Below, one piece after another: positions 20,713 through 30,682 of a DNA stretch of 64,000 bases. Below the pieces are notes generated by a model that was not told the DNA's origin, did no database searches, and was given only the letters and a program-made list of their open reading frames with translations. Made by a program: the position numbers and the translations under genes. The stretch's first letter is position 1. Each line of letters begins with the position of its first letter. The stretch comes from Gammaproteobacteria bacterium (lineage in GTDB: Bacteria; Pseudomonadota; Gammaproteobacteria; GCA-001735895). The DNA is taken from assembly GCA_050298595.1 (NCBI GenBank), contig JBNKUM010000103.1, forward strand, positions 2,150 to 66,149, written 5' to 3'.

Positions 20713-21537
20713 CTAACTGCAGTAATTCTCAAGGCAATGCAAAAATTCCTGCCAGATATTTTGCCAGCAACAGGCATGGTCAAACTTTTCCCACATCAAC
20801 ACTTTGGCATGGGGTTGTCTCTGCAGGACCGGCTCAACCAGATAGTAAGGCATATTTTTGTCATCTTTTCCGATCAGGTGGTACTGATGGACTTCAGAAT
20901 CCAGAGCAGGCATATGTGCAGGATTAAGTGAGCCTTCAAGAGGTGAATAGCCGTGATAATCAGTCCAGGCCTCTATATCCAGATTGCCAGCAATAGTAAC
21001 AACGGCCCTGGTTGCGCTGATACGTTCTGCCAACAGCATAGCCAGAGTACCTCCACCACTATGGCCAATCAGTACCACTTCACTGTAGCCACCTCGCCGC
21101 ATATAGTCTCGTAACACCCGCTGCATACTTTCCACAACTCGCACTGAATATCTGCCTGAAGTCCATAACTCCGGAGCACAGGGTGCAATCGTTGAAAACC
21201 CATGATAGCAGGGCCTGCCAAGATAAATGCTGGGCGTGCTGTCTATAGCCATTAGATTTAGCATCAAGGGATCCAACGGTGTTGGATCTGCGGCTATCAG
21301 GTGATTACCAATCCAGGGCTGTCCATCACCATCAAGATAAACATGTAACATGGGGTTGTTATCGGCGCCATGCTGGATATAGATCATATGCTGAAACTCA
21401 CTCCCCTGAACGATTTCCCTGGCAAACCCCTGCTTGCTTGCCTCAATATCCAGCAATCTGGATCGCGAGGTACACCCTTGCAGAATGATAAGCGTTATCA
21501 AACAAAATATTTTAATGGCATTCATCCTTTGTGACAT
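20713..21537 (-). CDS. Alpha/beta-hydrolase lipoprotein
   Basis: Lipobox LIILQGC. Nucleophile elbow LIGHSGGG. Confidence 0.65.
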   Translation of the reverse strand: MSQRMNAIKIFCLITLIILQGCTSRSRLLDIEASKQGFAREIVQGSEFQHMIYIQHGADNNPMLHVYLDGDGQPWIGNHLIAADPTPLDPLMLNLMAIDSTPSIYLGRPCYHGFSTIAPCAPELWTSGRYSVRVVESMQRVLRDYMRRGGYSEVVLIGHSGGGTLAMLLAERISATRAVVTIAGNLDIEAWTDYHGYSPLEGSLNPAHMPALDSEVHQYHLIGKDDKNMPYYLVEPVLQRQPHAKVLMWEKFDHACCWQNIWQEFLHCLENYCS

Positions 21538-21695
21538 GGTAAGTGATCCTGGTTTTTATGATGACCAACATTTCAACAGCATGTTAACTCTCAGCTGTGA
21601 AATCGTTCTATTATCCCGTTGCCATATTGCATCATGATCTCCAATCAGGTACCATTTTTTCACGTTAACGTATCCCCGACATAAATTAAGGATGA

Positions 21696-23885
21696 ATGAT
21701 GTCTCACAATCACTCAGTTAAATCACTTCTGTCATTTCTTCTCAGCTATCTTTATTCTGGTGTAATTCTGCTATTGCTGCTATTAAACACCGGATGTCAG
21801 TTACAGCCAACCACAGATAAAAGTCAGGCTCTGGTTGAAGCAGGGAAAAAAGATCCGAATAAGTTACTGGTTGTTGATTGCCTGTTACCTGCCCAGATCC
21901 GAAAATTGGGATCTAAAATGACATACCTGGCTCAACGTAGACCTATCAAAACCTCTGCACTAGATTGTGAAATACGTGGTGGGGAATACGTTGCCTATGA
22001 TCGGGCTGATTACAGAACAGCGTTAAATGTCTGGTTACCACGCGCCAAAGAAGGGGACAGTGAGGCGCAAACCTATGTCGGTGAAATTTTTGAAAAAGGC
22101 CTGGGCATTCAGGCAGATTATCAATCAGCCGCTGCCTGGTACAGCAAAGCTGCCGAACAGAACAACTCACGAGCACAGATCAATCTTGGTTTCCTGTATG
22201 AGAAAGGCCTGGGCGTTGAAAAGGATCTCTCAAAAGCACTGAACCTGTACCGCATGGCCTCAGGTCTAGCCGATGATTCATTACAGTTTAACTCAACCAT
22301 ACTGGCATCGGCCGAAACCAGGCAGCAGGTAGAAACACTTAAGAGAGAAGTAGAACAGCAAAAACTAGAATCGGAAAAGCTCAAAGCACAGCTACAAAAC
22401 ACCCGTGCACAGTTAAAAACACAAAAAAAAGATCTATCTACTGCTGAAAAGCGATTGCAAAGTTTGCGCAAGGAAATTAACAGCAAATCATCACAAAGCC
22501 CTACCCCAGCAGGAACTGAAAATCTGGCCAAACTAACCATAGAACTTGGGAAACAGGAGAGTGAGGTCAAGGCACAACGCAACAAAATTGCCAACCTTGA
22601 ACACAACCTTAAGCTTCAGCGCACAACGCTGGATAACCAACTGGCCGCCGAGCGCAAAAAGAATGAATCCTTAATGTCTGACCTTAAGACACAAAAAAAA
22701 CAGGTATCTTCACTCAACAAGAAGCTTGAAAAAGCACTTGAATCGCAACAGATTAATAAAGAGATAGAGGGCCCTACAATCGAAATCCTGGACCCCCCCA
22801 TCGCATTAATGCGAGGGCTTCCAAGCATCCGCTTAAGATCAGCCACAAAAGAAAGAATCATCGTCGGTAAAGTCGTTGCTCCAGCCGGCCTGCTATCTTT
22901 CACGGTTAACGACAATTCTGAGGAAATAGACACCTCAGGTATCTTCAATGTAACCATTCCCGTTGAACGTGACCAGGTCCCAGTAAAAATGGTCGCTGTT
23001 GACAACTACGGAAAAAAAGCAACGATTGAATTTATGATCATCCCTCAGACCAGGAATATCTATGTTAAAAGTGCAAAAGCAACCTCGCCATCGACGGCTT
23101 TCAACAAAACCCTTGCTGGAGAGGTAGATTTCGGTACTTACCATGCCCTGATCATCGGTAACAATACTTACAAAAACTTCCCAGGATTGGACACAGCCAT
23201 AAATGATGCTAGAGATGCAGAAAAGGTATTGCGTGATAAGTATGGTTTCTCGACCAGGTTACTTATTGATGCAAATCGATATGAGATACTTTCAGTGCTT
23301 AATGAGTTAAGAGATCAACTGACCGAGAAAGATAATCTGCTTATTTATTACGCCGGCCATGGGGAACTTGACCGTCCTAACACACGAGGACACTGGATAC
23401 CTGTCGATGCTGACCGTGAAAACTCTGCAAACTGGATATCTAATATATCCATCACGGACATACTCAATGCAATGAAAGCAAAACATATACTGGTTGTTGC
23501 TGATTCCTGCTATTCAGGATCCATGTCTCTCGCATCTGTACCAAGGCTTGACGCGGAACCCGAAGATGTTGACGCTAAAATTAAACTCAAGTGGTTGAAA
23601 GTGATGGCAAAAGTGCGTTCTCGTACCGTGTTGACATCAGGAGGACTACAACCTGTCTTAGACCAGGGAAGTGGTAACCATTCAGTATTTGCCAATGCGT
23701 TCCTCTCCACCTTAAAGAACAACGATGGAGTACTTGAAGCATACAAACTCTACCGGGAAGTATTTACTGAAGTGCGCCAATCCGCAGGTAAATATGGTGT
23801 AGACCAGCAGCCAGAATATTCCGCTATCAAACATGGTGGACATGAGGCTGGTGAGTTTATTTTTGTGCCCGTACTTAAACTATAG
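21696..23885 (+). CDS. Exported Sel1-repeat / coiled-coil / caspase-like (peptidase C14) protein
   Basis: Lipobox LLNTGC. Sel1 repeats (AQTYVGEIFEKGLGIQADYQSAAAWYSKAAEQNNSRAQINLGFLYEKGLGVEKD). About 170 aa of heptad-rich coiled coil. C-terminal caspase fold with a His (YYAGHGE) and Cys (VVADSCYSG) dyad. Confidence 0.85.
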   Translation: MMSHNHSVKSLLSFLLSYLYSGVILLLLLLNTGCQLQPTTDKSQALVEAGKKDPNKLLVVDCLLPAQIRKLGSKMTYLAQRRPIKTSALDCEIRGGEYVAYDRADYRTALNVWLPRAKEGDSEAQTYVGEIFEKGLGIQADYQSAAAWYSKAAEQNNSRAQINLGFLYEKGLGVEKDLSKALNLYRMASGLADDSLQFNSTILASAETRQQVETLKREVEQQKLESEKLKAQLQNTRAQLKTQKKDLSTAEKRLQSLRKEINSKSSQSPTPAGTENLAKLTIELGKQESEVKAQRNKIANLEHNLKLQRTTLDNQLAAERKKNESLMSDLKTQKKQVSSLNKKLEKALESQQINKEIEGPTIEILDPPIALMRGLPSIRLRSATKERIIVGKVVAPAGLLSFTVNDNSEEIDTSGIFNVTIPVERDQVPVKMVAVDNYGKKATIEFMIIPQTRNIYVKSAKATSPSTAFNKTLAGEVDFGTYHALIIGNNTYKNFPGLDTAINDARDAEKVLRDKYGFSTRLLIDANRYEILSVLNELRDQLTEKDNLLIYYAGHGELDRPNTRGHWIPVDADRENSANWISNISITDILNAMKAKHILVVADSCYSGSMSLASVPRLDAEPEDVDAKIKLKWLKVMAKVRSRTVLTSGGLQPVLDQGSGNHSVFANAFLSTLKNNDGVLEAYKLYREVFTEVRQSAGKYGVDQQPEYSAIKHGGHEAGEFIFVPVLKL

Positions 23886-23964
23886 TTTTATGGGGCTGAT
23901 TATATTAAATTTTAACAGGGCTAATCAGTAATACCTGTTGTTTCAGGAATAAAAAGGGATAGAT

Positions 23965-26853
23965 ATGAAAACTTTGGATATGGGGCTATGGAATGGCGGT
24001 AAATACACTTCAAATTTATGGAAGATTCAACGATGGACCCTACTTTTATTGATGCTGGCTGGTTTCTGGACTAGTACTACCCAGGCAAATGTTTCAATCA
24101 CCAGTATCACTCAAGATCCTGCCAACAATGTTTCCGTGGATGTGCTTATTACCTATCGGGTTACTGTTTCCTACCCCGGAGGGGTCGATAGTGGTGAAAG
24201 TATCGAAATCAATATCTATGATAGCGATAATAACGTGACATCAAGTTTTTCTGCTGAAAATACTTCGTCTTGTTTTGAAGAAGGTAGTATCTGGTGCGAC
24301 TCAAGCTATCCAGACTCGAATAGCGATACTTTTATAATAACCTGGACCCCTTCAACGCCCAGAACCTATAACCTCGATTTTACAGTAAGCTGTGTCTACA
24401 CTCCCGAATGTATTGGAGACTCACAATCAATTACGACTATTGTTGCTAATACAGACTTACCGCCCCAACCGCCGACTGCTAATGCTGGTTCCGACCAAAA
24501 CATTCTGGACACCGATAACAACGGACTGGAATCAGTCACTCTGGATGGCAGTGGCTCTACCGACCTGGATAATGACATCACCAATTACGAATGGTATGAC
24601 AACTTTGAGACTTTAATAGCTACTGGAGTAACACCCACTGTGGAATTTGGTCCTGGATACCACGACCTGACCCTTATAGTCACCGATTCCATGCAAAACA
24701 CATCGTCTGATACAGTATATATTTCTATCAGGAGCCCTGATTTGGCGGCTGATGCCGGTCCTGATCAGAACGTTACTGACTCTGATAACGACGGTATCGA
24801 GACAGTCACTCTCGATGCAAGTGGATCCACCATTCCGTATGGCGCAGATGTAAGCTACCGTTGGACTGAAGGAGAGCAGATAATTGCTACGGTCGAAAAC
24901 CCCACGGTTGACCTTGGGGTCGGAACTCACCTGATCACACTTAGAATCTATCAAGGTGAAGTCATATCAGATTCTAACGTTAATATTTCCGTGCAGGAAG
25001 CTGTCACCGCGATTGTAGGCGCTGCAGATGCCGGCCCAGATCAGACCGTTACAGACACCAATAACGACGGGATTGAAAGAGTTACTCTGGATGGCAGTGG
25101 TTCCAGCGTCGATGGATATCAAATAGAAAGCTACGAATGGTTTGAAAACGGTGAACCACTCGGCACTGGTGTAGAGCTCTCCGTAAACCTGGCGGTAGGT
25201 AGCCCTCACAGCATTAGACTGAGAGTTCTCTATGCAGGAGGTGAAGGAGAGCTAACTGATGACGTGACCATTACAGTACAGAAACCAGCAAGCTCGAATA
25301 ACGAAGCAACTATAGAAACAGTCTCTGGAGATAACCAGCGCCTGCCTGAGGGTGATACTTCAGATCCACTTTCTATCCGAGTCCTGGGGCCAGATGGTCA
25401 GCCATTAGAAGGTGTTACTATTACCTGGATAGTCATACCTGCTGATGCTGCAACATTAAGTAGCGATACAACAACAACTGATTCCAATGGTGGATCTAAT
25501 AATACAGTTAGTCTGACTGCCGAAAGAACTGCAAGCCCATTTCAAGTGACGGCTTCAATCCTTGAAGGCGCATCTGCCAGATTCCAGATCAATCCAATTG
25601 CCGGTATAAGCGGTTTGACTCAAGCTCAACGATCAATTGCTCAGGCTCTTGATAATGCCTGTCCTGCGTTACAGTCACTTTCGCGTAATTTGACCACCGA
25701 GGAACAAAGTCTGGTATCCACCTGTGACTATCTTTCAACTGTCTCAGACCAGGAAATCATCTCAGCTCTACAGCAATTTTTACCTGATGAAATTGCTGCA
25801 CAGGGCAGGAATTCAATATCTCTCGCCCGCACCAGAAATAAAAACATTCTTCTCCGTCTCAATGACTTACGCAGAGGCGCAAATGGCCTCAGTCTTGAAA
25901 ATATCTCTGTATCGATTCAGGGAGAAAAGCTACCCTCAATCCTGATTAGCGAACTCACTAAATCACAAAGAGGCGGAGGCGCATCAGCCGATTCAACTGA
26001 GCTAGCCAGCCGTTTCGGTGTATTTGCTAATGGTAACATCAGTATCGGAGACACCGAAACAACTGAGAATGCAGCAGGTTTCGACTTCGAGACCAAAGGA
26101 CTGACACTTGGTATCGATTACCGGTTTTCAGACCAGTTTGTACTTGGCGGGGCATTCAATTACATCTCCACTAATTCCGATTACATAAACAAATCAAGCA
26201 CACTGGATATCGATGGTTACAGCCTGTCTTTGTATGGCAGTTATTACCTGTCAGAGCAGATATTCGCTGATAGTATATTGAGCATTGGCCTGAACAATTA
26301 CGACAGCCAACGTGAATTTACCACGGGTGGAATTAATCATCATTTTAATGGAGATACTGACGGGACTGAATATGCATTGAGCCTTGGTGGCGGATACGAA
26401 TTTAATTATCAAAATCTCACCTTCGTTCCCCAGGCTCGAATTAATTATTTGCGTGTTAAAGCAGATAGTTACGATGAAACCTCATCAGGTTCAGGGCTGA
26501 ACCTGAATATTGGAGATCAGGATATCGAATCATTGATAACCTCTGTTAGCGGAAACATGTCACTAGCATACAGTACCCAGTATGGCGTTTTTATGCCATA
26601 CCTGTCTATTGAGTGGGAACATGAGTTTCAAAACGATAGCAGGGCCATCATTGCACGTTTTGTCAACGACCCCACTAAGACAAACTTCTCTGTTCTAACA
26701 GATGAGCCAGATCAGGACTATTTCTATGTGGGACTGGGCTTAACCGCTGCACTGGCAAAAGGAAGATCTGCTTTTCTGTATTATGAAAAACTGCTGGAAC
26801 ACTCAGATACCAGTCAATACACAATTACAGCTGGGTTCCGTCTTGAATTTTAG
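23965..26853 (+). CDS. Autotransporter with a PKD-like repeat and Ig-like passenger and a C-terminal beta-barrel translocator
   Basis: Three repeats of about 92 aa (xAGxDQxxxDxxNxGxExVTLDxSGS). An invasin/Big_1-like segment. The last 280 aa or so have alternating beta-strand pattern and end in RLEF (terminal aromatic). Confidence 0.85.
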   Translation: MKTLDMGLWNGGKYTSNLWKIQRWTLLLLMLAGFWTSTTQANVSITSITQDPANNVSVDVLITYRVTVSYPGGVDSGESIEINIYDSDNNVTSSFSAENTSSCFEEGSIWCDSSYPDSNSDTFIITWTPSTPRTYNLDFTVSCVYTPECIGDSQSITTIVANTDLPPQPPTANAGSDQNILDTDNNGLESVTLDGSGSTDLDNDITNYEWYDNFETLIATGVTPTVEFGPGYHDLTLIVTDSMQNTSSDTVYISIRSPDLAADAGPDQNVTDSDNDGIETVTLDASGSTIPYGADVSYRWTEGEQIIATVENPTVDLGVGTHLITLRIYQGEVISDSNVNISVQEAVTAIVGAADAGPDQTVTDTNNDGIERVTLDGSGSSVDGYQIESYEWFENGEPLGTGVELSVNLAVGSPHSIRLRVLYAGGEGELTDDVTITVQKPASSNNEATIETVSGDNQRLPEGDTSDPLSIRVLGPDGQPLEGVTITWIVIPADAATLSSDTTTTDSNGGSNNTVSLTAERTASPFQVTASILEGASARFQINPIAGISGLTQAQRSIAQALDNACPALQSLSRNLTTEEQSLVSTCDYLSTVSDQEIISALQQFLPDEIAAQGRNSISLARTRNKNILLRLNDLRRGANGLSLENISVSIQGEKLPSILISELTKSQRGGGASADSTELASRFGVFANGNISIGDTETTENAAGFDFETKGLTLGIDYRFSDQFVLGGAFNYISTNSDYINKSSTLDIDGYSLSLYGSYYLSEQIFADSILSIGLNNYDSQREFTTGGINHHFNGDTDGTEYALSLGGGYEFNYQNLTFVPQARINYLRVKADSYDETSSGSGLNLNIGDQDIESLITSVSGNMSLAYSTQYGVFMPYLSIEWEHEFQNDSRAIIARFVNDPTKTNFSVLTDEPDQDYFYVGLGLTAALAKGRSAFLYYEKLLEHSDTSQYTITAGFRLEF
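24472..25290 (+). repeat. Three tandem, diverged repeats of about 275 nt inside the autotransporter gene (PKD-like modules)
   Basis: Repeat starts are visible near 24478, 24748 and 25024: gctaatgctggttccgaccaaaac / gctgatgccggtcctgatcagaac / gcagatgccggcccagatcagacc. Confidence 0.75.
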
Positions 26854-26971
26854 CCCTTAATTTACTAGCTGGATTTACTGAAAAATTCAGAAGTTATAAT
26901 TGGATTAACCTCATTCGACCTGCATAAGGTCAACAGGTTTGCACCCCTGATCACGATCTGGGCAAAGGAGC

Positions 26972-27461
26972 ATGAGCAGAACAACCTGTATATCCAGTAG
27001 GCGCTACCTTCTGGTCTTGTTTCCGATATTTATGTTTTCTCTCTCCGGCTACTCGGATTCTGAATCTGTACTGCTCACCTTACCTGAGCAAACACAGACT
27101 ACGTCTCCGAATTCGAGCTCACCCCCGACTCCGACACCAATGCCAGAATGAACATTTGTGCATCCGGGTATGTTGAACACAGAGGAAGAGTTTGCCCGAG
27201 TGCAGGAGAAGATTGCCCAGGAGGTGGCGCCATGGAAGTCTGGATGATATGTACTTGAAGCGGATACTCTGTCGAAGCTAGTGCGAGATCCTCTATATCG
27301 ATGACAAAGAAGCTGCGCGTAACGATGCATTAAAGATGAACCCCTATCAACTGGAGAAGACGACGCAAAACTGGCCAGGTTGTTCCCAATATGCCCACCA
27401 TAAGTTGCTTACTGGAAAAATCGATGACATTCGAATTTACAGCGGGCGCTATCAGAAATAG
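26972..27461 (+). pseudogene. Decayed gene remnant: signal peptide, polysaccharide (alginate-type) lyase N-terminal fragment and LamG-like C-terminal fragment
   Basis: One frame reads MSRTTCISSRRYLLVLFPIFMFSLSG...PMPE-TGA(27149)-TFVHPGMLNTEEEFARVQEKIAQEVAPWKSG-TGA(27245)-YVLEADTLSKLVRDPLYR-stop. A downstream fragment ends ...LLTGKIDDIRIYSGRYQK, the characteristic end of LamG/concanavalin-like domains. It contains in-frame stops and is far too short for an intact enzyme. Confidence 0.5.
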
Positions 27462-27808
27462 AAATATTAGATTTGGTATCGGTTAAGTAAACATAGTCCC
27501 CGGCCAGATCGGGGGCTTAAGTTTTGTGAGTCGCGCAACGCGCGCTTTACATCATTTTTTAACTGACTTCTATCGATGAGCTTCTTCCTACTGATAACGA
27601 ATATCATTGCTCATAACGTGATCATCTCTTCCAACTGCCAATACCAGATAGACTCTCGTCTAAAATATCCGGCGGCAAAATTTCGCTGCTTGCCTGAAAG
27701 CAGTCGAGCTATATGGATTGCCGCCTTTACCGTACAGCTATGCAATGGAGGATTATTGATTCTAACGAATCATCAACCCGACATCGGAATCTGATAAATT
27801 TGTCGTTC

Positions 27809-29143
27809 TTACTGTCGATAAATTGCTAACCCAGCTATTCTACGGTCAATTTCGTCTATGACACTTTTATAATCAGCTGATTCTCTATCTCGATATGATT
27901 TCTTGAACTGCTCCTCGCTCAGCCCTTCCTGCAAAAACTCAGTGTCGGGAAACATACCTGACTCACTGTTTAGTTGAAGTATATTATTTTGAACTAATTT
28001 AGCCGTTACCTGATTACCGGTGGCGAATTCGGCAAACCTGATCCCCGCTCGGTCGGCCGCAAGATCGACGAAACTGAAACCACTCCCCCCTTTTCCCGAG
28101 TCACTCACTTCCTTGATCTCACCGATTGAAACGGTTACACCCTGATTGGATAAAATGGTCAGGATGACGGAGTAGATAAAATGCAGGTTTAAATCATGCC
28201 TATTTGCCAGAATGACATTGTGGCTACGTTCAGACAGGTTCTTCACATGGACAACACTATTAATCGCACGCTTTAGTTCGTAGTCCCCGACCAATAATCC
28301 CAGTGCGAGTAATGCATATATATTTTCATCCTGTGCGTTTGTGTTATTCGATTTTTGCCCTGCTTTTTCCAGCACCAGCTTAAGATATTCAAACTGCGAA
28401 ACGGGTATCTTACTATCCAGCATCAGGCGAGTGGTGGTGAGGAGATGATCATAATAAAGCTGTACACCATAAAACTTACCCACAGGTACTATGGCATCCA
28501 GGGTTTGTCTGCCCTTCGACTTCAGATTCGCCAGCAATTCAGCAGTATTTAACTCGGGATTAAATCGTATCACCAGAGTATCCTGCACAACACTGATATC
28601 ATCAACCCAGTCACCATCAGGTTTGATGAACTCATCACCAGCGCGCCATTCGACGATTCTGGAGAGTAGTGCCACACAGACCCTGTTGCTAATACTGATG
28701 CTGCCGATAGTTGTTCGATCTATCTCCGAATTCGTATAATCATTTGAAATATAGGTATTGATATTGATAAAGCGGCCAAAGGGATTTTTCGGTAGTTCAA
28801 TAGAAGCACTGACAAGCAAGCTGCCTCCGTCACTGTTATGCCTGACGGAAATGTTTTTAAAGATATCGCTGATCAACGCAAAAATGGCAGTTAACTGCGC
28901 CTGATTAATCTCGATCACCTTGTTGCCACCGGGCTCTTTTAACTCGCCATTTATTGCCTTTACTGTTTGTTTTGCCAGTTTCAGTGATTGAGTTGTGGGC
29001 TTAATAATCTCCTGGACCCGTGCTACATCTTCGACCAGCATGGCGAGCAGTGAAACCGCACCGACACTACTAAACAGCAACAGCAGCACACAGATAATGA
29101 TAATTTTTCGCAATTTAACACCACCGAAAACAGGAAAAAACAT
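27809..29143 (-). CDS. Hypothetical N-terminally anchored exported protein (444 aa)
   Basis: Long ORF with a signal-anchor (IIIICVLLLLFSSVGAVSLLA). No motif I recognise. Confidence 0.55.
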   Translation of the reverse strand: MFFPVFGGVKLRKIIIICVLLLLFSSVGAVSLLAMLVEDVARVQEIIKPTTQSLKLAKQTVKAINGELKEPGGNKVIEINQAQLTAIFALISDIFKNISVRHNSDGGSLLVSASIELPKNPFGRFININTYISNDYTNSEIDRTTIGSISISNRVCVALLSRIVEWRAGDEFIKPDGDWVDDISVVQDTLVIRFNPELNTAELLANLKSKGRQTLDAIVPVGKFYGVQLYYDHLLTTTRLMLDSKIPVSQFEYLKLVLEKAGQKSNNTNAQDENIYALLALGLLVGDYELKRAINSVVHVKNLSERSHNVILANRHDLNLHFIYSVILTILSNQGVTVSIGEIKEVSDSGKGGSGFSFVDLAADRAGIRFAEFATGNQVTAKLVQNNILQLNSESGMFPDTEFLQEGLSEEQFKKSYRDRESADYKSVIDEIDRRIAGLAIYRQ

Positions 29144-29661
29144 TCTACCTGCTGACTGGATGAAACAGAAACATCATTTCAGAAAAATCATCAATAATTC
29201 CGCATCACTATCAATCAGCCACCTGAAACTCCGCTGCTTTCGAACAAAGTCCACTACTATAGATTCGGTGGAGCGCCAGCTCGAGCATCACAAACTGAGC
29301 ATCGATAAGGATGAACGCATCTGTCTGCAGGGGCGCAATCGTAAGGGAAATCAACCCTGATAAAACCGCTGGACAAAAAGATAAAACCCGACGAGAGTGA
29401 AGTCATCTATAGCCGCAATACACGTGTTAGCGAATCAGAAGATTAGGATATATGTCAGTCCGAATGAACATGAAAGACAATTTAATAAAATGAAAAAGTC
29501 GCTTACTGGGCGTACTAAGATTGATTGATCTCGGCACACTGAGTGTCCTATGCTAAAAAGGGTATATAGTTTTTCTGTCTAATCTGTTCTACTTATCTCA
29601 AGTGAGCATATAATGACTTGTAAAGTTTCAAAATGATAAAACCAAAAATAAAAGTGTAGGC

Positions 29662-30294
29662 ATGGTTAAAACAAAACGGATATTCATTCTTGTCATTTTC
29701 TCCATAACACTTTTTGGTTGTGGCGGAAACGATGGTGACACGACCCCTCCAGATCAAACTCCAGCGGAAAATATCACCATCACATTTAACTTAGATAGTC
29801 TTCCAACTTCTATTAATTACAACAGAGCTACCACTCCGGATGGATATGTTGAGTTCAACTGGAGTGCTACATTTGATATAAATGGAGACGGTGCAATTAA
29901 CCAGGGGGACATAGTCCTTCAAATCCTACATTTCAAATCCCCCGGTAGTACTGAGCAGTCAGGCACGATTAACGATTTATCTGCTGCATTGTGGGTATAT
30001 ACAACCGACACCGAAATTACAAGTACGGTAGGAATCAGTAAACAAATTTCAGGAAACAGCATAACCCTCACGGCAGACAAATCTTTACATCAATCACTAT
30101 CATCCATAACAGCATCAACCTTAGTATACTTTGAAACCTCTATACGAGATGATGTTACAAGTTCAACACTTTACGACTATCATCCTGGCTTTAATAATTA
30201 TTCAAACATCCCTACAGACTATAATTTTACGGACGATCAAGGTGACGTAGGGGCTACAGCAGTTGATATGATCTCAATACAAGTATCACTGTAA
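29662..30294 (+). CDS. Hypothetical lipoprotein
   Basis: Lipobox TLFGCGG. Thr/Ser-rich, beta-type composition. Confidence 0.55.
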   Translation: MVKTKRIFILVIFSITLFGCGGNDGDTTPPDQTPAENITITFNLDSLPTSINYNRATTPDGYVEFNWSATFDINGDGAINQGDIVLQILHFKSPGSTEQSGTINDLSAALWVYTTDTEITSTVGISKQISGNSITLTADKSLHQSLSSITASTLVYFETSIRDDVTSSTLYDYHPGFNNYSNIPTDYNFTDDQGDVGATAVDMISIQVSL

Positions 30295-30391
30295 TAAAAA
30301 AGAAAACTTAACCAAAAGTTTAAGTTCTGCTGGAATACCTGGCTGTTTTCCAGTCTTTAACTTAAACGTTAGCTCACAAAATGGAAAAGGA

Positions 30392-30682
30392 ATGGATAAT
30401 AAAAAAAATAGAATCTTAGTATTTTTAGCAATTGCCGCATTTTCTAATGGTGCAACAACACAATATTTCGAGCCAGAAATAATGTTTGCACTAACGAATT
30501 TCCTGTTTATGTTCATTGGGGTAATTTTATCTTTCTGGTTGTATTACCTTGATTCTGATCAAATAGAATTCAAAAGAAGTAAGTTACTAAATATAAGAGT
30601 CATAGCTACTGGACTCCTTGCCTTTCCTTATTATTTATTTCGCACTCGACATTTAAAGAAAAAATATATTGCTCAGAACTAA
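30392..30682 (+). CDS. Small hypothetical membrane protein
   Basis: 96 aa with three hydrophobic segments. Weak support. Confidence 0.35.
   Translation: MDNKKNRILVFLAIAAFSNGATTQYFEPEIMFALTNFLFMFIGVILSFWLYYLDSDQIEFKRSKLLNIRVIATGLLAFPYYLFRTRHLKKKYIAQN

Noticed and set aside
22121-23005. Minus-strand ORFs 22121..22606 and 22616..23005
   Set aside because: They lie antisense to the coiled-coil region of the caspase gene. Low-complexity Ser/Cys-rich translations are typical of antisense frames opposite Lys/Glu/Gln-rich coding sequence.
27149-27247. In-frame TGA codons as possible selenocysteine sites
   Set aside because: There are two TGAs within about 100 nt of a truncated, fragmentary frame. 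No plausible full-length product exists, and I noticed no SECIS-like hairpin immediately downstream. Pseudogene decay is the simpler reading.
27049-27330. 93-aa minus-strand ORF
   Set aside because: It overlaps the plus-strand lyase-like remnant, which has recognisable motifs. The minus-strand product has none.
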